Below, one piece after another: positions 17,329-25,801 of a stretch of 27,255 nt of DNA. Below the pieces are notes generated by a model. That model worked only from the letters and a program-made list of their open reading frames with translations, ran no database searches and had not been told where the DNA came from. Source of the stretch: a virus (taxonomy: Duplodnaviria > Caudoviricetes); IMG/VR virus record IMGVR_UViG_3300032312_000844, positions 1 to 27,255 of that record, one strand, 5' to 3'. The number at the start of each line of letters is the position of its first letter. Within the stretch, counting starts at the first letter, position 1. The translations under genes and the position numbers were made by a program.

Positions 17329-17646
17329 ATGAAGAAACGAATTGATCGCAATCACATCATCTATCAGATCACTGGACCCGAGGGCGTATACATCGGAGTT
17401 ACAGCTAAGACTGAGACTACAGTACTTAAGAGCGTTCGTAGTCGCATAGCCAAACACTACTATCGTGCTCGTACAGAGACTAAATCTTGGGCTCTGTGCG
17501 CTCTGCTACGTTCATACTCAAGCAAGGACGAAATTGATGTTAGAGTCATCGAGATCGTTCGCGGCAAAGAGCCTGCTCATCGTCGCGAGCGCGAATTGAT
17601 CCGTGAATTGAAACCATTTTACAACACTGATAAGAGAGGAGCTTGA
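17329..17646 (+). CDS. stand-alone GIY-YIG nuclease-domain protein
   Basis: IIYQIT...VYIGVT...R..KH...ERELIRELKPFYN; ATG is 6 nt after the -10 box, so probably leaderless. Confidence 0.75.
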   Translation: MKKRIDRNHIIYQITGPEGVYIGVTAKTETTVLKSVRSRIAKHYYRARTETKSWALCALLRSYSSKDEIDVRVIEIVRGKEPAHRRERELIRELKPFYNTDKRGA

Positions 17647-17647
17647 C

Positions 17648-17848
17648 ATGGCTACACCCCTGTACATGACTATTTCGGATGCCTGCCAGTTGGTCACAGA
17701 ATACGCTGATCTACACTTCGGGGGCGATGTCCTGGCTGCGCTCAACGATATGCAGTTCTGCTACGATGATCTTGACAGAGAGGACAAAGTAGCGTATAAT
17801 ATGTTTATGGATGCGGGCCGTAAGATGTTCGCACCCTTAGAGCAGTAA
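17648..17848 (+). CDS. hypothetical acidic phage protein
   Basis: GAGGAG RBS; 66 aa. Confidence 0.65.
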   Translation: MATPLYMTISDACQLVTEYADLHFGGDVLAALNDMQFCYDDLDREDKVAYNMFMDAGRKMFAPLEQ

Positions 17849-17902
17849 CGTGGCGGGGGCCAACGAGAGAGCCCCCACTAATTCAACAAGCAAGGAGCGA
17901 TC

Positions 17903-18394
17903 ATGGAAACAGTAACTATCAAAGGTCAGGACTTTACCACGGTACACAACGCCATCTGCGAGCTGCGCACTGTGCAAGAGCGCCTTACAGGGGTCATCAA
18001 CGAAGATCTCGCCCGTAAGCTGCATGCCGTGCTCAAGCAGCTGGAAGTGGGGCTCGAGGATGCCTATGCACAGGACAACAGCGCCTTTGAAGCTAAGATG
18101 GAGCACTACGGTACCGTGCAGCAAGAGCTGGGCCTAGGCTCGATTTGGAGCATGTTTGAAGTAGAAGATCTCAATCAGCCGCATCCCTACACAGCAGCAC
18201 GTGAGATCTGCTACAGAGATCACTGGGGCACAGACGCTGTATATGAGACCATCGGTGGGCCCACGTGGCGCGACCTCTACTCAGCTGCTGATCGCTGCAT
18301 CTGTAGATCGGGTGATGATCACCATATCTTTATCGAAGCTCTGCATCCAGTTGCAGGGCAATCACATCAATTGAGACTAACCACAGGGAGTTGA
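17903..18394 (+). CDS. hypothetical phage protein
   Basis: AGGAGCGA RBS; C-terminal TWRDLY.AAD..I..SGD.HHIFIE...L.TGS. Confidence 0.8.
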   Translation: METVTIKGQDFTTVHNAICELRTVQERLTGVINEDLARKLHAVLKQLEVGLEDAYAQDNSAFEAKMEHYGTVQQELGLGSIWSMFEVEDLNQPHPYTAAREICYRDHWGTDAVYETIGGPTWRDLYSAADRCICRSGDDHHIFIEALHPVAGQSHQLRLTTGS

Positions 18395-18405
18395 TAAGTA
18401 CTAGT

Positions 18406-18663
18406 ATGAACACAGTTTTAAGAACTAAAATTAGACCCACAGTGATCTTTGACGTTAAAGATGCGCAGCATCGCAAATGGGCCTATGATTTCATCAAGCA
18501 TCGCACGTGGCGTGACTGCCCTGTGATGTTTGCCCTTCCACAGAGCGAAGACAACGTTTATAACATGTTGATGCGCTTGATGAGCGAATACTACTCCGAG
18601 ATGGAGTTTGGTGTGGCACAAAAGCCACAGGACGCTAAGATCCACAAACTGCGCAGGGGTTGA
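18406..18663 (+). CDS. hypothetical phage protein
   Basis: MNTVLRTKIRPTVIFD...HR...W..CPV.F; ATG follows ATAAGTACTAGT. Confidence 0.7.
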   Translation: MNTVLRTKIRPTVIFDVKDAQHRKWAYDFIKHRTWRDCPVMFALPQSEDNVYNMLMRLMSEYYSEMEFGVAQKPQDAKIHKLRRG

Positions 18664-18720
18664 CAGTTCGGCTTCTAGGCCGTATAATACTAACTTCAAC
18701 AACGCAAATAGGAGCGAACT

Positions 18721-19074
18721 ATGGAAGCGCAAAGCCGTGAGTATTTTGTCCGCCGTCTCAACGAGATCGCAGAAGCAAAGATGCAGGCCCGGGCAGTAGA
18801 ACTGTTTGGACCCTCAGGTCGTCCTCAGCAACCCACGTGGGGACAGGTGTTTGAAGCCATCAAAGCAGGTGAGATCACCCTTAAAGAGGACAAGGTGGAC
18901 TATACAGGTCCTTACCTCAACCCCCAGGACGTAGTGTGGCCTGCTATGGAAGCAAAGAAGCAAGCACTCTGCGACTATCAGGGCGTGGTCAACGCTGAGA
19001 AGCAGAAGGCTATGGACTCTGTGTATTTGGACTCTGACGCACAGAAAGCCCTGACAGCGTTCCAGGGTATTTAA
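18721..19074 (+). CDS. hypothetical phage protein
   Basis: Own promoter and AGGAGCGAACT RBS; 117 aa. Confidence 0.8.
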   Translation: MEAQSREYFVRRLNEIAEAKMQARAVELFGPSGRPQQPTWGQVFEAIKAGEITLKEDKVDYTGPYLNPQDVVWPAMEAKKQALCDYQGVVNAEKQKAMDSVYLDSDAQKALTAFQGI

Positions 19075-19142
19075 CAGTTTGGTTGACAGGGCCTTAGGGC
19101 CCTGTTATAATAGAGGCTAAGTTAAACAAAAAGGAGCGCGAA

Positions 19143-19562
19143 ATGGGTACACGTTCACGAGTGGGTGTCATGCACGGGGATGTCTGCAAGAGTGTCTACT
19201 GCCACTACGATGGCTATCTAGACTACACTGGAGAGATCCTGCAAAAGCACTACGATTCAACCCTGGCCAATGCCCTGGTAGCACGTGGGGACAATAGTGG
19301 AGTCAAAGAGACCCTAGAAGACATGAACTTCTACGCTGATCGCGGTGAAGAAGATGTGAGCTGGCAGGTCGCACACACCTTCGACGAGTTTCTTGAGCAG
19401 GTTCAGAACTGTCACGGTATGTACTACTATGTCATGCGCGACGGGGTTTGGTACGTGGGTGCCGTCTATGACGTTCCCGGCTTGATCAAAGGGGGTCTTG
19501 TGCCCTTGGAAGAAGCGTTGGCTCGCAACACCATCGACAAGCTGGTAGCAGAGGACGAATAA
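19143..19562 (+). CDS. conserved hypothetical phage protein (MGTRS...YCHYDGY type)
   Basis: Own promoter and RBS; MGTRSRVG...SVYCHYDGY....G..L..HY motif. Confidence 0.82.
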   Translation: MGTRSRVGVMHGDVCKSVYCHYDGYLDYTGEILQKHYDSTLANALVARGDNSGVKETLEDMNFYADRGEEDVSWQVAHTFDEFLEQVQNCHGMYYYVMRDGVWYVGAVYDVPGLIKGGLVPLEEALARNTIDKLVAEDE

Positions 19563-19655
19563 CCCTAGCTGCTGTAGGGTTATCCAAAATAGTGGTTGAC
19601 AGCCTGGCAGCTTGAGCATACAATAGAGACTTAGTTAACACACAGGAGCGAACTG

Positions 19656-20756
19656 ATGTATATTACTTTCACTGAGGGCTACTACAATATTAAGGGTCAG
19701 CCCACAAATGTAGGCGGTCTTACTTTTAAAATGGTAGAAGACTACAAGGTAGCCAAAGACGGTACAGGCTATGTCACTGTAGAAGGTGGCAGTCAACCCG
19801 GCTTCCCAGATCGTTCAATCCGCGTCCGTTGTGAGCAGGGTGCTTACAATGTTGCGGGCAGTGCCAAACCCATTCCACAAGGAGTTTCTATGCTGACTGC
19901 ACTCAAGCAGAAAAGTGCCAAAGGTGCCGAAGTCACTGACTTTACTCAGGTCAAGGTAGAAGATACTGCTGTAGCTCACGAGACTGACGAAGAGATCATC
20001 GAGCGTACCCGTGTGCGCTTTGACATCCTCAAGGACATGACTAAAGCTGTCAAAGCAGGTGACGTCCGTGCTATGATCGTCACTGGCCCTCCGGGTGTGG
20101 GTAAATCCTTTGGTGTTGAAGAAGTACTTGCCAAAGACGATCTGTTCAACACACTAGGTGAGCGTAAGCCACGCTATGAGATCGTCAAGGGTGCTATGAG
20201 TGCCATTGGCTTGTACTCTAAGCTCTATCAGTTCTCAGACGCTAAGAACATCCTTGTGTTCGACGACTGTGACAGCATCTTGTTGGACGACATTGCGCTT
20301 AACATTCTTAAGGCCGCTTTGGATTCGTCTAAGAAGCGTACTATCAGCTGGAACACTGATAGCCGACTGCTACGCTCTGAGGGCATCCCAGACAAGTTTG
20401 AGTTCAAGGGTGGTGCTATCTTTATCACTAACTTGAAGTTCGAGAATGTGCGTTCTAAGAAACTGCAAGAGCACTTGGCGGCCTTAGAGTCACGCTGTCA
20501 CTATATCGATCTGCGCATGGACACAGACCGTGAAAAGGTCTTGCGTATCAAGCAGATCGTCAAAGATGGCATGTTGGACTGCTACGAGCTCGAAGACATT
20601 GCTAAGGACGAGGTCGTGGACTTCATCGAGACTAACCGTGCTCGTATGCGTGAGTTGAGCTTGCGTACGGTGCTCAAGGTAGCAGACTTGCGTAAGAGCT
20701 TCCCTAGCAACTGGCAGAACATGGCTAAGGTCACTGTTATGAAGGGAGCTTACTAA
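19656..20756 (+). CDS. AAA+ family ATPase with N-terminal extension
   Basis: Walker A GPPGVGKS, Walker B ILVFDDCD, IFITN sensor, ALESR arginine finger. Confidence 0.88.
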   Translation: MYITFTEGYYNIKGQPTNVGGLTFKMVEDYKVAKDGTGYVTVEGGSQPGFPDRSIRVRCEQGAYNVAGSAKPIPQGVSMLTALKQKSAKGAEVTDFTQVKVEDTAVAHETDEEIIERTRVRFDILKDMTKAVKAGDVRAMIVTGPPGVGKSFGVEEVLAKDDLFNTLGERKPRYEIVKGAMSAIGLYSKLYQFSDAKNILVFDDCDSILLDDIALNILKAALDSSKKRTISWNTDSRLLRSEGIPDKFEFKGGAIFITNLKFENVRSKKLQEHLAALESRCHYIDLRMDTDREKVLRIKQIVKDGMLDCYELEDIAKDEVVDFIETNRARMRELSLRTVLKVADLRKSFPSNWQNMAKVTVMKGAY

Positions 20757-20757
20757 C

Positions 20758-21003
20758 ATGAGCGGGTGCCAGTATCTGGGACCCGAGTTCGATCCCCGGA
20801 CTTGGGACTACAACAGCAATCCTACACCCTACTGTGGTAAGCCCGTGGTCTCAGGCAAGAGCTACTGCCATGATCACTACTACACTGTCTACAAGAGGGG
20901 CACTGCCATAGCAGGTCGTAAGAAGGAAAAAGAGATCGATCAAGAGATCGAAGCACTGAAGAAGCAACAAGAGATTGACGAAATGGAGAGCTATGATGTT
21001 TAA
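20758..21003 (+). CDS. small Cys/His zinc-binding protein resembling the GcrA C-terminal domain
   Basis: C-x-Y...DP...YCG.....G.SYC..H...VY pattern plus a charged helical tail. Confidence 0.6.
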   Translation: MSGCQYLGPEFDPRTWDYNSNPTPYCGKPVVSGKSYCHDHYYTVYKRGTAIAGRKKEKEIDQEIEALKKQQEIDEMESYDV

Positions 21004-21187
21004 AAGTTTGACCGTGATCGCGATCATCGCATTGGTTGTGGCCTTGATCGTAGCAGGACCCATCCTGATCATCTGGGCATTGAACACCCTGTTCCCCGTG
21101 TTGGCTATACCCTACACGATTTGGACGTGGTTGGCCGCACTGATTTTGGGTGCAACCGTTGGGCCTTCGGTTAAGGTTCGGAAGTAA
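20993..21187 (+). CDS. small membrane protein
   Basis: GGAG RBS; hydrophobic sequence with P...IWALNTLFP...IPYT.WTWLA. Confidence 0.75.
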   Translation: MMFKSLTVIAIIALVVALIVAGPILIIWALNTLFPVLAIPYTIWTWLAALILGATVGPSVKVRK

Positions 21188-21292
21188 AATGGTAATATCA
21201 CAGGTTGACTCTGCAAAGAACATCCTGTAATATTATAGAACGCTGAATAAAAAGTAATCAGCTACATTAACTTTATAAGAGGAAACACAGAC

Positions 21293-21565
21293 ATGAAGTT
21301 CATTAACAAAGATACAAAGACTTTCAAGGTATTCAATGCTCTTTACAACGGTGAGAGCTTAACTCCTGCAGAAGCCAAGAAGCGTTTTGGCGTAGGTAAC
21401 TTGTCTGCTGAAGCAAGCCGTATCCGTCAAAACGGTTACGCTATCTACAGCAACAGCCGCACAGCTGGCAATGGTGTTCAGGTAACTGAGTATGTCATGG
21501 GCAAGCCAAGCCGTGAAATCGTTGCTCTTGGCTACAAGGCTAAGGCACTAGGCATTACTCTTTAA
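21293..21565 (+). CDS. basic winged-helix DNA-binding protein
   Basis: L..GESLT.AEAKKRFGVGNL.A..SRIRQNGY.IY; own promoter and GAGG RBS. Confidence 0.75.
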   Translation: MKFINKDTKTFKVFNALYNGESLTPAEAKKRFGVGNLSAEASRIRQNGYAIYSNSRTAGNGVQVTEYVMGKPSREIVALGYKAKALGITL

Positions 21566-21613
21566 TAGGGTTTCAAAGAACCAAGCCGATTCGCTCCCGG
21601 GGCGGTACTTTGG

Positions 21614-21643
21614 AGGGTGTTGTAGAAATACAACACCCTTTTT
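21614..21643 (+). terminator. intrinsic terminator-like hairpin (also contains the 18-bp palindrome)
   Basis: AGGGTGTTGTA-GAAA-TACAACACCCT-TTTT. Confidence 0.7.
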
Positions 21644-21725
21644 CTATGACCGGCACTCTCCAAAATAGGTTGACTGTTTGGACGACCGGCTATATAATAA
21701 TGATACTGAGACAACGGAGCGAACA

Positions 21726-22376
21726 ATGGAATTCACTGCTGATCAAGTTTGGGGTTGTGCTGCTGCCGCGCAGCGTATCAACGACGGCTACTACAAAGAA
21801 ACACAGTTCGGCACCAAGGACGGCTACGTGGATACTAACGTGGTCCTCAAGCGAGCCAACAAGGATCTAGTCAAGAGCTGGCTTCGCAACAGCGATTTCT
21901 CTCAGCTCACCGAGGTCGACTATGCTGCTGGACGCACGGCCCGGGATCACTTCAAGAGCTACACACTCTTGGCCATCGCAGGACAGCTTAATGACTTCCA
22001 ACAGACTGCACTGAAGATCGCAGCCAAGGATCAATTCACGGGTCGTGATATGTACGATTTTGCCGTGGTCAGCTGCTTGCCATCAGTGGCTTCACGTGAT
22101 CAACAGCGTAACGAACTCAAGAGAGAGATCTTTGCCTCGGAACAGCTCCAAGGAGCTGAAGGGGACACGATCCAGGGTGAGATCCACGTGGTTAGCACTA
22201 GGTTCAACCCTGAGTACAACAAGTACCGCATCACAGCCCGTATAGGTGAGGCATTCGTGGACTTTTGGCTAGGTCGCGATCTCACTGCAGGCTACAACTA
22301 CAAAGTCAAGGGCAAGATCAAGCGAGTCCGTGGCGATAAAACAACACAGCTCAACTATGTGAAAATCAGCGGTTGA
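21726..22376 (+). CDS. hypothetical phage protein, possible C-terminal OB fold
   Basis: GGAGCGAACA-ATG at 21726; beta-rich C-terminus ending VKGKIK...TQLNYVK. Confidence 0.78.
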   Translation: MEFTADQVWGCAAAAQRINDGYYKETQFGTKDGYVDTNVVLKRANKDLVKSWLRNSDFSQLTEVDYAAGRTARDHFKSYTLLAIAGQLNDFQQTALKIAAKDQFTGRDMYDFAVVSCLPSVASRDQQRNELKREIFASEQLQGAEGDTIQGEIHVVSTRFNPEYNKYRITARIGEAFVDFWLGRDLTAGYNYKVKGKIKRVRGDKTTQLNYVKISG

Positions 22377-22452
22377 CAGGTTGGGAGCCTGGTGCTACAA
22401 TACTAATACTGGGAAAGCAAGTTAGTTCAACAAACTGTAGAAGGGGTCTTAA

Positions 22453-23532
22453 ATGAGTGCAGATATTTCCGTTCGCCAGATGGGTCCAAAGATGGCTAAG
22501 CGAGCCATTCGCAAGGCTATCAAAACCCGTCGTGCCGTGTTCCTTTGGGGCCCTCCGGGCATTGGCAAATCCGATCTCGTCAAGCAGATCGGTGAAGACG
22601 CAGGTCGTGAAGTCATTGACGTGCGCCTAGCTCTGTGGGAACCCACAGACATCAAAGGTATTCCTTATTACAATGCCGATCAGGGCAAGATGGTTTGGGC
22701 TCCCCCAAGCGAACTGCCTGTCAACGAAGATAGCACGTCTATCATCTTCTTGGACGAGCTTAACTCTGCTCCTCCGGCTGTTCAGGCCGCGGCCTATCAG
22801 TTGATCCTTAACCGTCAAGTAGGCACCTACAAACTGCCCAAGGGCGTTGACATTGTCGCGGCTGGTAACCGTGAAGGTGACCGTGGTGTTACCTATCGTA
22901 TGCCTGCTCCGCTGGCTAACCGTTTCCTGCACTTGGAAATGAAGGTAGACTTCGATGACTTTCAAGAGTGGGCTACGATGAATCGTATCCATCCTGAGGT
23001 CGTAGGCTATGTGAGCTTCGCCAAGCAGGACCTGTATGACTTTGATCCTAAGAGCCCAAGCAAGGCTTTCGCAACTCCTCGTTCGTGGGTGTTCGTCAGC
23101 GAACTGCTTGATGACGAAGATTCGGACACTGAAACCCTGCACAACTTGATCGCGGGTGCCGTAGGTGATGGTCTTGCTGTCAAGTTCATGGCTCACCGTA
23201 AGATTGCGTCTAAACTGCCTAAGGCAGATGACATTCTCGACGGTAAGGTCAAGGACCTGCAGATCAAAGAAGTGTCAGCGATGTATTCTTTGACTACTTC
23301 GCTCTGCTATGAGTTGAAAGACCGTGCAGAGAAGAAGGTCAAGGGTTGGGATGAAATGGCAGATCGTTTCTTCCAATACATGATGGCGAACTTCTCTACT
23401 GAGATCGTGGTCATGGGTGCTAAGACTGCTCTTACTAACTACAACTTGCCGTTGGATGCTACGAAGATGAAGAGCTTCGATGAGTTCCACAAGCGTTTTG
23501 GCAAGTATGTTTTGTCGGCGATGGAGAACTAA
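22453..23532 (+). CDS. MoxR-like AAA+ ATPase
   Basis: WGPPGIGKS, IIFLDELN, AAYQLIL.R, AAGNR, PLANRF.H, TPRSW. Confidence 0.9.
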   Translation: MSADISVRQMGPKMAKRAIRKAIKTRRAVFLWGPPGIGKSDLVKQIGEDAGREVIDVRLALWEPTDIKGIPYYNADQGKMVWAPPSELPVNEDSTSIIFLDELNSAPPAVQAAAYQLILNRQVGTYKLPKGVDIVAAGNREGDRGVTYRMPAPLANRFLHLEMKVDFDDFQEWATMNRIHPEVVGYVSFAKQDLYDFDPKSPSKAFATPRSWVFVSELLDDEDSDTETLHNLIAGAVGDGLAVKFMAHRKIASKLPKADDILDGKVKDLQIKEVSAMYSLTTSLCYELKDRAEKKVKGWDEMADRFFQYMMANFSTEIVVMGAKTALTNYNLPLDATKMKSFDEFHKRFGKYVLSAMEN

Positions 23533-23673
23533 GACCCCTCCCGCCCGGGCGGGGCTCACCCAGGGTCCCGCCCACCTTTTTGGAGTGCCGGCGGTGTTGT
23601 AAATACACAACATTGCTGGGGTTGACAGTTTGGCAATCCGGTGCTATAATATACAAATACTAAGGAGAGCGAC

Positions 23674-24888
23674 ATGGCGCAAGATTCAGCACTTATCGAG
23701 AAACTTACCACTGCCCGGGTTGGCCTTCTGCTCAAAGCACCGTTCTTTGGCAACATGGCAACTCGTATGCAACTCATCGACGCCTCAGACTGGTGTCCTA
23801 CTGCGGCGACTAATGGTCGCAACTTCTACTACAATAAAGACTTCGTTTCCAAGCTCTCTGTCAAGAAACTAGAGTTCCTGTTTGGTCACGAGATCCTTCA
23901 CTGCGTTCTAGACCACTTTGGTCGCGTAGGTAGCCGTGATCGCAACTTGTCTAACATCGCACAAGACTTCGCTGTCAACCAGATCCTTGTTGATGAGCGT
24001 GTGGGTGAGAAGATCACTGAAGTGCAGATCTGCTACGACAGCAAATATCGTGGCAAGGCTTGGGAAGAGATCTATGACGAGCTCTACGAAAAAGCAGAGA
24101 AGATCTCTATGCCACAACTGCTCAAAGAGCTAGGTGATCTGCTTGACGAGCACCTTGATGCAGAAGGTCCTGGCTCTGGTGACAAGACCAAAGACGGCAA
24201 GGACAAGCCCAGCATCTCTAAAGAAGAACTGCAGAAGATCAAGGACGAGATCAAAGAGGCTATGATCCAGAGTGCCGCGGCCTGTGGTGCTGGCAAAGTG
24301 CCTGCAGGTATCATGCGCCTGATCAAGTCTATGACTGAGCCTAAGATGAACTGGCGTCAGTTGGTGCAACAAGAGATCCAAAGCATTGTTCGCAACGACT
24401 ACTCCTTTACCCGTCCTAACCGTAAGTCAATGCACAGTGGCGCTATCCTCCCAGGTATGCGTCCTGACGTGACCATTGACGTGGCTATCGCTATTGATAT
24501 GTCGGGTTCAATCGGTGAAGAAGATGCCAGTGCCTTCCTTGGCGAGATCAAGGGCATCATGGATCAGTATGAGGACTTCAAGATCAGCCTGTGGTGCTTT
24601 GACACTGAGATCTACAACTTCAAAGAGATTACACAAGACAACAGTATGGATCTCCTTGACTACGAACCTCAGGGTGGTGGTGGCACAGACTTTGCCGTGA
24701 ACTTTGAGTTCATGAAGGAGCAGGGTCTTCAACCTCGTAAGTTTATCATGTTCACAGACGGCTATCCCTGCGGTAGTTGGGGTGACTCAGACTACTGCGA
24801 TACCCTGTTCATCGTCAAGGGCAATACATCTGCAGAAGCACCCTTTGGTCAGACTGTGATCTATGAGAAGGAAACCGCTACTGCGTGA
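23674..24888 (+). CDS. HExxH metallopeptidase-like domain plus vWA domain protein (DUF2201 type)
   Basis: TAATNG, HEILH, NIAQDFAVN; vWA MIDAS DMSGSI, GGGGTDF, FTDG. Confidence 0.9.
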   Translation: MAQDSALIEKLTTARVGLLLKAPFFGNMATRMQLIDASDWCPTAATNGRNFYYNKDFVSKLSVKKLEFLFGHEILHCVLDHFGRVGSRDRNLSNIAQDFAVNQILVDERVGEKITEVQICYDSKYRGKAWEEIYDELYEKAEKISMPQLLKELGDLLDEHLDAEGPGSGDKTKDGKDKPSISKEELQKIKDEIKEAMIQSAAACGAGKVPAGIMRLIKSMTEPKMNWRQLVQQEIQSIVRNDYSFTRPNRKSMHSGAILPGMRPDVTIDVAIAIDMSGSIGEEDASAFLGEIKGIMDQYEDFKISLWCFDTEIYNFKEITQDNSMDLLDYEPQGGGGTDFAVNFEFMKEQGLQPRKFIMFTDGYPCGSWGDSDYCDTLFIVKGNTSAEAPFGQTVIYEKETATA

Positions 24889-25003
24889 GTGCCAGGGGGT
24901 GTGGCTTTTTAGCCACTAACCCCGCTGCTACGCACATAGAGGTTGACAGATTGGATGTTCGATCGTACAATATAGATACTGAAACAACGAAAGGAGCGGT
25001 AAA

Positions 25004-25129
25004 ATGAAACTACTTTTAGCATTCATTGCAGGTATGTTCGTAGCCACTGTTGGTGTGTCTGGTGTTGCATCAGCCGTTGACAAGGCCGTAAGTAAAACCC
25101 AAGAAGTCATGAAAGAGACCGTGAAATGA
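25004..25129 (+). CDS. small membrane or secreted protein (41 aa)
   Basis: Not in the ORF track. Promoter at 24943 and AGGAGCG RBS: MKLLLAFIAGMFVATVGVSGVASAVDKAVSKTQEVMKETVK. Confidence 0.7.
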   Translation: MKLLLAFIAGMFVATVGVSGVASAVDKAVSKTQEVMKETVK

Positions 25130-25299
25130 GCACGATGAGCGAACTTGCATATGACATCGAGCAACTGTACATCGATGGTCACAGTCCTAAGATGATCGCT
25201 GCGATCTTGGAGTGCCCCGTAGAGATCGTCTACGGTTGGATGGAATCTGAGTCGTTGGGAGAAGAAAGTTTTAGTCCCTACGATACGATGAACTCGTAA
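25126..25299 (+). CDS. small acidic HTH-like protein (57 aa)
   Basis: Not in the ORF track. ATGA overlap: MSTMSELAYDIEQLYIDGHSPKMIAAILECPVEIVYGWMESESLGEESFSPYDTMNS. Confidence 0.68.
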   Translation: MSTMSELAYDIEQLYIDGHSPKMIAAILECPVEIVYGWMESESLGEESFSPYDTMNS

Positions 25300-25364
25300 A
25301 TCGGTTGACAGTGCCGCAGATCGGTGCTATACTATTAAAACTGTAAACAACTTAGGAGCGAACT

Positions 25365-25712
25365 ATGACTGTTACCGTTACCCCCGAGCAGATTCCTGCA
25401 ATCGTCAATGAAGCTAAGACTGCTGCGTATGCTGCTGCCGAGAAGTACTTCCGTGAAGTCTTGGGTGGCCAGGATCGTTTCGCCTGTGGTTTTGCCTGGG
25501 TCAATATCTACAAGATCAAGGGCAACACCAAGATCGGCCGAGCACTGAAAGAGTGCGGAATCCGTCCTTCATACACAGGCGGGCTGCAACTGTATAACCC
25601 CAGTGGTTTCGGTTGCCAGAACATCGACACCCTAGAAGCTGGTGCCGATGCTGCGGCGGCGGTGTTCAAGCGATACGGATTCGAAGCCTACAGTGGATCA
25701 CGTTTGGATTAA
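25365..25712 (+). CDS. conserved hypothetical phage protein (CGFAWV motif)
   Basis: Own promoter, AGGAGCGAACT RBS and downstream terminator. Confidence 0.82.
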   Translation: MTVTVTPEQIPAIVNEAKTAAYAAAEKYFREVLGGQDRFACGFAWVNIYKIKGNTKIGRALKECGIRPSYTGGLQLYNPSGFGCQNIDTLEAGADAAAAVFKRYGFEAYSGSRLD

Positions 25713-25717
25713 CCCTG

Positions 25718-25737
25718 GGCCCGAAAGGGCCTTTTTT
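25718..25737 (+). terminator. intrinsic terminator
   Basis: GGCCC-GAAA-GGGCC-TTTTTT. Confidence 0.85.
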
Positions 25738-25801
25738 ATTGGTTGACCATTTGGATGATCGGCGCTATACTAGAGGTATAGTGAATAACAAGGAGCGAAA
25801 G

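Noticed and set aside
17135-17332. 65-aa ORF from the track
   Set aside because: TTG start without an RBS and it runs through the promoter at 17294; the 17091..17237 frame fits the layout better.
17643-17671. TTGACA at 17643 as another early promoter
   Set aside because: No credible -10 hexamer at 16-18 nt spacing.
22449-24732. Numerous minus-strand and alternate-frame ORFs over the AAA and vWA genes (e.g. 22627..23196)
   Set aside because: Shadow ORFs expected from biased codon usage; they oppose the uniform plus-strand promoter/RBS architecture.
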